DNA of 64,000 bases from Octopus bimaculoides (lineage: Eukaryota): assembly GCF_001194135.2 (NCBI RefSeq), contig NC_068994.1, positions 48,069,548 through 48,133,547 on the forward strand, given 5' to 3'. This document shows positions 25,601-34,921 of the stretch, one piece after another. Both the position numbers and the translations under genes were made by a program. The notes under the pieces were generated by a model. It was not told the DNA's origin and did not search any database. It saw only the letters and a list, made by a program, of their open reading frames with translations. Within the stretch, counting starts at the first letter, position 1. Every line of letters starts with the position of its first letter.

Positions 25601-28600
25601 ATTTGTTCACATTGTTTTGAATTAATCATGTATTATCTCATAGCTTCAAGATTTTGATGATGTGGTAGTATATTTTTAGAGTGATATTGTAGGGATAGGT
25701 GTGAAGGGTCGGATTAAACACCAAAGGGTTAATGACCATTTTTCCATGTTTGCATGGGTCAGAAAGAATTCTTTGAGGCAAATTTTTCCATGGATGGATG
25801 CCCTTCCTGTCATTAACTGTCACCTGTTTCCAAGTAAGGTAATATTTCTCCATGGCCAGACAAGTTTTCTCAGAAGACTAGAAATGAAGGGCACCACTTG
25901 TATCACAGTGACATCTCATTTATATCTATCATGTAATATCAACACACACACACACAATGGTCATTTTTTAGTTTCCATATAGTAAATCCACCCAAAAGAC
26001 TTTGGTCAGCCTGGGGCTATAGAAGACACATGCTCAAGGTGTCATACAGTAGGACTGAACCCAAAGCCATGTTGCTAATAATACTTATATTTAATATACA
26101 TCACATCTTGCATACAACAGTATTTTAGGTCACAGACTTCCAGCAGGCAAATCACTGGTTCACTGCATTAACAATGTTAAGAATAATGAGGAAGTGCACA
26201 TGCAACTTGAGAGAGAAAATACAAGGGTTAGATTTCTTTTGCCAAGGGCCATATCTTTTGTGGATATACACAAACACATTGAAGGAGGTAATGATTTTAA
26301 CTAACATTTGGTAAGGATAACTACAGAAGTTTTTACTTACTTTGGGATTTCCACTTTCTCCAATAACTCTGCATACAGTAAGGCACAATTCTGGAATGAA
26401 GACAACATTTATTCTTACCAGAATCAGTGTTTTCTTGGTATTGAATATAATGACTTTATTTTTTTTTTTTACTTTGCAACTGTACACTTGACAAAATAGG
26501 GGCTCATTTGGATACCCTATTTTGTACTGTTCACCCCAACCAATGTCATCTGGATGTGGTGCTAAGCGAGACCCATTAGACAAATGGAAGGAAGAGAATC
26601 ATCATCAACAAATGTCAGTTTTCTATGCTGGCATGTGTGTGTGTACGTGTACATATATATGCATAAAAAATGAAAAATTGTGCAAAGTTCAAGTTTACCT
26701 TTTGAGAGAACCAATCTGCAGGTCGAGATCCTCCTTCAGCAAATGCTTTAATTGCACGACTGACAGACATCCTAAATAGAAAATAATAATTTTTTTTTGC
26801 AATCCATTAAAGAGATTTGGAGTGCACTTGCCAGTATTGACATTAAATGGTATATGAGTTTTTCTCTTTATATGAAGAGCAAAGAAAGGCCAATGAATTT
26901 AGAGATTTTATATGTGGTTATATAAGATTTGTGAGGGTGTGCGATACATGAGCAGTGAGTGCAGAGAAGTATATTAAGTGTAACCTGGATGAATGGCTCA
27001 GTGTTTAAAGCATTGAGCTTACAATCATGAGATTATGAGTTCAATTCCCAGATGGGCTACATGTGTTGTGTCCTTAAACAAGGCATTTTATTTCAAGTTG
27101 CTCCAGTTCACTCAGCTATAGAAATGAGTTGCAATGTCACTGGTGCCAAGCTGTATCGGTCATTGCTTTTCCCTTGAATAACATCAGTGGCATGGAGAGG
27201 AGACATGAGTGACTTGGTCTTCCACAAAAATCTTGCGTGGACTTGTGCCTCAGAAAGAAACTTTCTAGTTGCAATCTCATGGTCATTCATGACCAAAGGG
27301 GGTCTTTACCCCACCCCCACTTACAAGGTGTGTATGGTAATAATAATGATACATGAGCAATGAATACACAGGACTATTAGTGACATATGTAAGACATGTG
27401 ATAGTGTATTGTAGTGAAACATAAGTGACTGTAGAGGTCTGTTTGTAGTGTGTAAAAAGTATGAATGGTGTATGACAGTGAACAAGGACTATGAGATGTT
27501 TAAGAAGTGCGATAGTTTTTAGTGGTGAATGTAGAACACAGTATGAGATGCAAGTAAAATCATACACAGAGAAAAGTTGACAGACACACCCAAATGACGT
27601 CATGCAGACAGCCACAGACAAATGAGAGATCACACAGGAGAAAAATAAAATAAGAAGAAAATTTTACCAGTTCTGGTCACCATTCTTCATAACAGAACAG
27701 GCCAGCGAAAGTTGTTCTTTGATTGACCATTTGTCTAACAGAACATGTTTCCCTTTGTGTTCTGGAAATAAAGTCAGATTTTAAAAAAATAAAATCATTT
27801 ACATACATTATTGTCATAGAATATGAAAAGAACCAATAACACATTATACAATATGCTGCAGTGTATTTAGTTACATTTATTTACATCATGAGTTCAAATC
27901 CTGCTGAAGTCAGTTTTGACAAAATAAAGTACTAGTTAATTACTTGGATCAATATAATCAACTATTCTCCTCCTCCAAATTTCTGGCTTTTTACCCAGGG
28001 TAGCAGATTAGCAGAATCATTAAGGTGTCAGGCACAATGCTTTATGTTATATATCCCAGCTCTTTACATTCTGATTTCAAATCCTGCCATAGTCAACTTT
28101 GCCTTTCATCCATCCAGGAGTGATAAAATGAAGAACCAGTCAAGTACTACAGTTGATACAATCAACTAGCTTCTCTGCTCAAAACCACTAGCCTTGTGCC
28201 TAAATTAGAAACATTTTTGTTGTTTTATTATTATTATTATCCTTCCATTTCCAGGAGTGGTGTATAATTTGCAAGAGACTTGGCTGTTATTTCTAACAGA
28301 TCGAGTTACCCGTAGAAGTTTCCTTGAATGTTACTCCAGCTCTACTAATTCTGTTATGATTTCTAAAATAAATAAAGCACAAGACCACAAATTCTTAAGT
28401 GGGGACTATATGCGACTGTGTCGATTCTAGTGTTTGTAGCAACCTCTAGCTAGAACAATAAGGTTCCTCAATCTGCTAGAAATATCATCCAAATCCACTC
28501 AAAGCACACTCTACTGTGTCCAAAAAAAAAAAAAAAAAAAAAAGGAATAACACATTGGATACCATAAAAGGACCCAATAATCAAAGGCTGGAACGCTTTT

Positions 28601-30035
28601 GACCATAAGTCAAATCAATCAGATTGATTTAGGAGCCAAACAACAACAAAAACAACTTCTGAACAGTTATCGCTTAATTAACTACACTCGAAAGGTGTAA
28701 GCCCTTCATAAGAGGCCGTGCAGTGGGATCGAATCAGGAACAATGTTGTTGTGATCCCACCGAATAGAAAAAATGAAATTTTAGTTTTCGGTAGTCACTT
28801 AGAACCACACAATACAATATGTCCTCTTTTAAGGGTTTCATTTATAAGAAACAACCTACATGGTCCCTCGATCTGTTTGGAATAGCAGCCAACCGTCACT
28901 AAGATAATAATCTATCATCAGAGAAAAAAAAGACCAGATAGCTATGGTTCGAAGACTAGATTACTTAATCGGGGATTGACGTAATTGCACAACAGCATAG
29001 AAGCATCGTCGTCAGCTTGTAGTGATTTCAAATCGCAGTTGCCGAAAGCTAATTTCCATAATTTATATGGCTAATTTTGTTATGTTGTATCTAAGAAAAC
29101 TTTATCATTAACTAAAACAATGTATGACTCATTTTTTAAAGATATACATATTTTTCTTTAATATGATTTAGGCTTTTCATTCGAAACAGTCGGTTTCGAG
29201 TGTTGGAATTGAGAGGGAAACTGCATTGCGTCGAAAGAAAGAGTTTTGTCCCTTATTGTTTTGAGTATTGCGTTCGCGTTCGATTTTTGCTTTTCATTTC
29301 ACTGAGGGAGGTTGATATAAAAATAAATACCAGAAATACTGAATCCAGCAACTACTCTCTTAATATGTATAAATATATATAAAGGAATATCAAACTTGAA
29401 TGTCTATATATATACAATATACGAGTTATCAACCCAAATATCCTCGCATTTCTGTGTGTAAACGGCGCAATGCAGTTTTCTTCAATTGGATGTATGTGAA
29501 TGTGTGGTGGAGTTTACTTCATAGATGCAGAAAAGTGCAAGGAATTGGGCGGGGTTGGTTTTTTAAAATCTTGTTTTATTTGTTTTATGCAACGGGAATA
29601 ACCATTCTGAAAGAATTTTTGATAATTTTTCGAAGAAAGTATCTGAAAAGTGATTGCTGAATTTTCTTCAACAAGAGATTTCAGTTTTTTAAATACTTTT
29701 GCCTCCCCTTCCTTCTAATTCCTTACCCTTTTCATTAAGTAGTGATAGCTATTCCGTAACTCAGCTGTGTGTGTATGTGTGTGTAAGTGAGCGTGCGTGC
29801 GTGCATGCGGATTTTGGTAGTTCAATGGTAAACAAAAACATGAGCGCTCATACATATACTACAATAAAAGGATGATTATGTACAATAGACACAGTAATTA
29901 GGGGCGGAAGACTTAAATTTCAATCGGATATCTAAATTTTGAAAAAACACTACAAGAGAAAATGCAAACTGAATATATAAATATAGAAATACAAAGATAG
30001 ATAGAGCGAGTTTACTCACTAGGAGCGGTAGCCAT
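6393..30035 (-). CDS. BRD8: Bromodomain-containing protein 8 (NuA4/TIP60 subunit), 20 coding exons, 1096 aa
   Basis: Exons in transcript order: 30035-30020, 27761-27668, 26771-26699, 26390-26341, 25266-25147, 24312-24232, 22788-22670, 21981-21863, 21296-20565, 20082-19656, 17510-17310, 15675-15371, 14552-14348, 13638-13589, 11792-11617, 9692-9612, 9031-8963, 8786-8609, 7475-7395, 6506-6393; total 3291 nt, frame continuous. N-terminus MATAPKHKGKHVLLDKWSIKEQLSLACSVMKNGDQNWMSVSRAIKAFAEGGSRPADWFSQK and bromodomain WKKSIMLVYRAAATHKYANVFLHPV...PMDLSAIKKNIENGVIRSTTEFQRDMMLMFTNAIMYN match recalled BRD8. Basic NLS-like C-terminus (KKRKT...KKKKRPK). Two N gaps fall in introns and could hide extra exons; the 17310 donor is the least certain junction. 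Confidence 0.95.
7036..7212 (+). mobile_element. RTE-clade LINE ORF C-terminal fragment
   Basis: Translation MCNVSVHTRQSVSALREKSDLTSIRCGVQERRLRWYGHVLRMNEDRCVKK contains the RRLRWxGHVxRM motif typical of the region after the RT in RTE LINEs; antisense in the last BRD8 intron. Confidence 0.8.
8330..8506. mobile_element. hAT-like MITE end fragment
   Basis: Ends AAAAAGTTTGAGAAACACTG (reverse complement CAGTGTTTCTCAAAC, a hAT-type terminus); similar single termini near 47085-47108 and CAGGGATGTCCAACC at 49185. Partner TIR not found. Confidence 0.4.
8609..9692 (-). CDS. BRD8: BRD8 bromodomain-encoding exons
   Basis: Exons 9692-9612, 9031-8963, 8786-8609 give SDTEDEKAYRTWKKSIMLVYRAAATHK/YANVFLHPVREEIAPGYHSIVHR/PMDLSAIKK...NAIMYNSSDHNVYKMAREMYNDVMQHIE, with the conserved bromodomain PMDL and A-x-x-Y-N motifs. 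Confidence 0.96.
11138..11560 (+). mobile_element. tRNA-derived SINE family B, near full-length copy
   Basis: tRNA-like head with B-box-like GGTTCAGTCC (11191-11200), central (AT)n/(GT)n, (GA)n tail. Related copies by eye: 3735-3890 +, 4031-4430 +, 18105-18515 +, 56255-56530 +, 57478-57800 +, 14070-14280 -, 16410-16570 -, 17030-17215 -, 19220-19375 -, 25970-26075 -, 43640-43740 -, 51690-51930 -. Confidence 0.85.
14911..15260. mobile_element. piggyBac-like MITE
   Basis: TTAA (14907-14910 and 15261-15264) flanking terminal inverted repeats CCCTTTAGCATT...AATGCTAAAGGG; TTAA target and CCC termini are piggyBac hallmarks. Carries an internal insert at 15077-15231. Confidence 0.85.
15077..15231. 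mobile_element. hAT-like MITE nested in the piggyBac MITE
   Basis: Imperfect TIR CATTAGTGTAGCTGGAG / CTCTAGCTACGCTAGTG (13/17); a related right end occurs at ~12860-12930 (GCACACACTCTAGCTATGCCACTG). No TSD seen, so superfamily is tentative. Confidence 0.55.
20565..21296 (-). CDS. BRD8: BRD8 exon 9, poly-Ser / poly-Gln low-complexity exon (244 codons)
   Basis: CAG acceptor at 21297-21298, GT donor at 20563-20564, phase 0 at both ends, open frame of mixed CAA/CAG codons ending in SPLLSSLL. Confidence 0.9.
22068..22176. repeat. Inverted repeat, 36-bp perfect arms
   Basis: 22074-22109 is the exact reverse complement of 22135-22170; 25-nt spacer; extends a further 5 bp after one mismatch. Confidence 0.95.
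23868..24020 (+). repeat. 66-bp tandem unit inside a family A element
   Basis: Units start at 23868, 23934, 24000 (GTGGCATGTAAAAA...); same unit at ~56940-57070. Confidence 0.8.
26478..26575 (-). ncRNA. Candidate intronic H/ACA-type RNA
   Basis: Sense to BRD8: weak 5' hairpin, ACAGTA (ANANNA) at 26530-26525, 11-bp stem 26491-26501/26515-26525 with TGAG in the loop, ACA at 26483-26481. No family assignment possible without a search. Confidence 0.3.
26990..27300 (+). mobile_element. tRNA-derived SINE family D
   Basis: Head TGGCTCAGTGTTTAAAGC...GAGTTCAATTCCC then GTGTCCTT.A.CAAGGCA.TTTATTTCA..TTGCTCCAGTTCACTCAGCT; reverse copies at ~2200-2385, 21560-21750, 23140-23270. Confidence 0.7.
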
Positions 30036-30360
30036 GTTACACTCGGGTCTGCGAGCCGAATGGAAATGTTCTAGTCGCACGATCACGTTAATTAAGCATG
30101 TAAGATAAACAAATTCGATTTTGTTTGTGCAAGTATGTGTTTTGTTTTAAACGACTTAGGAAGGAGCGATGCGTTTCTATTTCCGTTTTGATCGCGACCG
30201 TTCTTAGGCTTTAATCGTGTAAGGGATCTGATTGTTTCCCCAGTATAGTCGAGTGGAGTGTATTTGTCACGTGACAACCGGTAATTGTTAATATGGCGGT
30301 TGTACAGAGTTGGTAGCCGCCATATTCATACTTTCACTTCCACTCCTTCTTTTCTTCTTC
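29900..30360 (-). promoter_or_regulatory. BRD8 promoter / first-exon region, locally CpG-enriched
   Basis: Start codon in aacATGG context at 30035 followed by a GTGAGT donor; CpG visibly more frequent than in introns; palindromic E-box TTGTCACGTGACAA 30264-30277; two opposed AATATGGCGG (YY1-like) motifs 30290-30299 and 30317-30326; ETS-like GGAAGT on - near 30340. Confidence 0.7.
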
Positions 30361-33300
30361 CCAATTTGAATAACGTACACCTTTTGGTTTCATTGTAGCT
30401 GGTGGACATGAAAGTATATTCTCATAGTCTTCTCGATATCCAGCTTCAACATCAAAATTATAGAATTAAACGAAACAGAATGTTTTAACGAATTATAGTA
30501 TAATTAAAATTTGTGGGTGACTAAAAAAAAAATTTAAGGTATATACGAATAGTACCAATGAAAGATAATTGATAATATTTTTTAAAGTTAACATTTGTGA
30601 TAAATTAGATTTTCAATTATTATTGATAAAAATATTAGACATTATATCAATTCGAAAGAGAGAACGGTAATACGGACTTGAACTGCAGCTTCTCGAATGC
30701 CAGCTCATATTGGTGCTTCTTGAGATCTAATACCATTTACAATCAAATCTTAGCACATACTTTCTAATTATTAATTTTGTTTCAATAAAATTATATTTTT
30801 TCAATCATTCGAATACAGAAAAAGTCTCATGTTAGAACTAAAACTTCAAGTCTATCTGAATATTTTATTGTCCGTTTCAACATTGTCGTTTCGATGATGA
30901 CCTAGTCTTGGATTCACACTGTGAAGAATTAACGTCTGTTATGTCCTCCAAGTTTTTTAAAAATAACTATTCAAATAGTAGTTAGACATTGTGACCGAAA
31001 AGTGTGAAATATTTAAGTATTTCACATACAGGAATGAACGCGATGAGTTTAATTTACCGTGGGATGCACTTCGTTTGAGAATGAGAAAGAAAAAGTGTTA
31101 TCGCTTCGACAGTAAAATAACCATACATACTCGAATGGAAAAGTAAACTAATATAGGCTTCTTATTTCTGATTAAAGAATTAAAAGAAAACAAAATTATC
31201 TTTCAAGTGTGCGTCATTGATCAAAACTAACATTACTGTAGTGCTCTATTCTTGCTTGGACTCAACTCAATGGTAGTTTTCCTAGGATGTAAAGCATTTC
31301 AAACCAAGACCATGCCATATATNNNNNNNNNNNNNNNNNNNNNNNNNNNNNNNNNNNNNNNNNNNNNNNNNNNNNNNNNNNNNNNNNNNNNNNNNNNNNN
31401 NNNNNNNNNNNNNNNNNNNNNNNNNNNNNNNNNNNNNNNNNNNNNNNNNNNNNNNNNNNNNNNNNNNNNNNNNNNNNNNNNNNNNNNNNNNNNNNNNNNN
31501 NNNNNNNNNNNNNNNNNNNNNNNNNNNNNNNNNNNNNNNNNNNNNNNNNNNNNNNNNNNNNNNNNNNNNNNNNNNNNNNNNNNNNNNNNNNNNNNNNNNN
31601 NNNNNNNNNNNNNNNNNNNNNNNNNNNNNNNNNNNNNNNNNNNNNNNNNNNNNNNNNNNNNNNNNNNNNNNGACCAACAGTACACTTAGACTGTGAGGTT
31701 CCCAATCTTATTTATGGATCTTACCTTTTGGCCGGCACATTTAAAAAATAATTTTTTGTAACTAAACACTTTCAAAATTCGTATACTTGTAGAATGTGTC
31801 ACATAAAACATCATTTACTCTTGGCGTTTTTGAGAAAATTGCGTATTTTCGAAGTTATTTCGTGTTAAAGTTGTCGTATTTCGGTAATTTCAACCAATCA
31901 ATGACGTCTATTGAGGTGAACACAATTACTGCTGTCGTTTGTCAACAGAACGTTCCGGCGGTGTATATTTAGTTTGTCACTGTTATTTCTGACATATTTC
32001 ATTTGAGATACACGTGTGTATAATTTAATCGTTTCAGTTATTGGTTATTTTTTTCCATTTTTTCAGTTTGTTTTGTTTGGGAAATTATTTTCGTTTACTT
32101 TTTGTTTGTAATTTGAATTGGGTTCAGTCCACAGCTGCACTGTGGCTCATCCCCAGTTCTTCTACGGTTGTGGGTAACCACAAGCTATCTTTCTTTTCCA
32201 GCTTGTTTACATACTGCGTAACAGTTTGTTTCCGCAGTGATCGCTTCAAACAAGCATGCTGCAAAAAAATAATAATAATAAGTCTATTGGTTTCGCTTCT
32301 TGAGTAAGACTGTGAGTAGACCCTGTCTTCTCAGAAAAATTGTAAATAAAAACATTAAAAAAGTTTTTACTCCATTCTGGTGTAAATCACCCTGTTGCCG
32401 CTTTCAGTTTCTTCAGAATCGCTGCTTTCGGGTTCGGATACAGAAATATCCGATTCATTTTCGTTCACCATGTGTTTTTGTACCTCTTTCATTCTTTTAA
32501 ATATATTTGTGTAGGAATTGCCAATTTCTTCTTCGTGCCCTTATTTACAATTATTAGTGCAGCTTTTCCTTTTTCTATGCTTCTCTGCCTATACTGCTGC
32601 CAGGGTCGATAAATTAAGTACCAGTTGCTTACGAGGGTCGATCTAATCGACTGGTCCCGTCCTCCAAAATTTCGGAATTTGTGCCTAGACTACAAAAAAA
32701 AAAAATTGATTCAATCACTATTTGTATCCTGCTTGTATTTCAATGTATCCTGCTTGAAAATTTATTGCACAACTGTTAAATAATTTCAACCTGTGCCTGA
32801 TCTCTGTGTACTTCCATGCAATGAATGTCACATTTGCTTTTTAAAGTGTAATTTATCCTGCTTGTATCTTTCAATGTATATTGCATTAAAATTGATGTAA
32901 TCTTTATCCGCTTTTGTTTTTCCTTTTGTTTACATTGGGTGCATGCCCCGTTATGGGTTATGTTAGGATTAGAGCTATGGTTTAGAATTAGCATCAGATA
33001 GCATGCTAAAGTTTAAATGGCCACATATACTCTATGCTAAAGTGGCACTAAAGATTTATTGAAACAGTTTACGTATCAGAAATTAAGTCATGAAAGTGTT
33101 AGCAGTGTCAACACACTTCACATTTCTATATTTCTGCAGGCAATGAAATAAAATACTAGATAAGGAGTAGGTCAATATAGCCGACAAATTATGTCCTCCT
33201 ATGAAATTTTTGGCTTTGTACCTTTGTTAGAAATTCTTGTTAGTACTATTATATAGTGTGAGGAAGAGAAAAAATGATGTTCAGAGAACATCTGCAGGCT

Positions 33301-34249
33301 TTCCTAGACTGTTAATATGAATGTAGATGATGTCTTTTTTTCAACTTTTGTAAATTGTCTGATGAGAAGGTGATTCCTTGCGGAGGTTGCCATTCTGGAG
33401 AGAAATGATTGGATAAAATATTTAGTATAAGGTTTGAGCTGTGAGACATGTTAAAGATGATGATGTGGGCTCAGTTTGATATAGTATACAGCTTATTAAT
33501 TCACAAGAATAGTAGCAGGTGTTTGGGGTTTGTTTTGTCTCTGTTTTATTTGAACAATTTGACTGGATACAGGGGTCTGTATCCTTGGCTTTTGCATTCC
33601 TTCTGAGACGAACGGCAAGAGCTGTGCCTTCAAAACTGATAAGATTGACGTAGTTGATCTTGAATGATATGTGGATGGCTGCAGAAGAAAAAAACATGGG
33701 CATAGGAATTTCATAAGGCTGACAATCTGGTAAGAAAGAAATTAATGCTTGGTTTGCAGGTGAATTACAACCTACGTGAGCTTCGAACCTTTCATCGCCA
33801 GATGCTGTAACATGGTTTGTATCCAATATAGTAGTACTAGCACTATTGGGATAATGGCCTAAAATATGCAGTACCAGTGCGATAAAATAAGATAATGCAG
33901 CAGCAATAAGAATGTAACTATCTCTCAAACACCAACAATATTCCAAATGAACAAACCAACCCACTCTCTCCAACTTCACTATGAAATAACACAAACTATA
34001 TACACTCTCTCGGTTCAGTCCATTCCTCACAAGAGGCTACCTTGACTCTCATCACAACACTGAGAGTGTAAGAGGTGACTTGTGGTTACTAACTTTATTC
34101 TTAAGCTTCTCTTACTGCTGGAAACCACTTCTGCCTGGTACTGGCATTTATGTGAACAATGTAGACAATAGACAAGTATCAATTACCATAATACATGAAT
34201 ACTTTATTTATTAAAATTATCTTCAATTGTGAAGCACATGAAGAAGAGA

Positions 34250-34345
34250 AAGTAGATGAAGGAGAAGAAGAGGAAGATGAAGAAGAAGAGAAGGAGGAGA
34301 AGGTGATGACCAGTAAATGGTGAAGAAGAAGAAGAAGAATAGGAA
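34250..34345. repeat. GAA/GAG purine-rich low-complexity tract downstream of the ARMH3 stop
   Basis: Direct reading; pyrimidine-rich on the ARMH3 sense strand. Confidence 0.8.
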
Positions 34346-34624
34346 GAGGGGTGAAGATGAAAAGGGAAACAAATCCCTAGAACTTTACTGGTATTTAAAT
34401 AACTGACACCAGTGCTTGACTGGTATCTGTTTTATGTCATTTGGTCTTAGTTCAACAAAGGAATGTAACTAAAAAAAATTCTACCAGGCATTTTGTATGG
34501 CATTCTAATAATTTTGCCAATCCATTACCTGAAGAAATATAAAATATAAAAAAGAAAACAAATATCTCCAACAAAGTATGAATAATAATAAGAATGAAAA
34601 AGAACAATAAAAAAATTAATTGCA

Positions 34625-34656
34625 TTTATTGCATATAATTTGTAGACATATTTATT
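34625..34656 (-). terminator. Candidate ARMH3 polyadenylation signals
   Basis: AATAAA on - strand at 34651-34656 and 34625-34630, ~270-295 nt after the stop; another at 34203-34208. Confidence 0.5.
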
Positions 34657-34921
34657 TAAAATTTACATGGGGATGGGGAGGGGGATGAAGAAGTGAGACC
34701 AAAAATAAAGGAAAGACAAACAGCATTGTAAGTCTGTAAATATACATCTGCAGTCCACATTATGTTGAAATAATGAGAGAAATTAACGAGAAATAAATAA
34801 TTTAATTTCAATAAGAACTGGTTGGAAAGATGTTGGCTGTTAATAGTTCCCCACCTAATTACAAACAATGGGAATAGCAGGTGTGTTTAGGCTTGCTGAG
34901 TAAAGAGTAAGAGAGAGGGCA

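Noticed and set aside
26152-26583. 143-aa - ORF containing LAPHPDD (PIG-L-like motif)
   Set aside because: Runs across a BRD8 intron and an exon in another frame; the motif lacks the following Glu and any further similarity.
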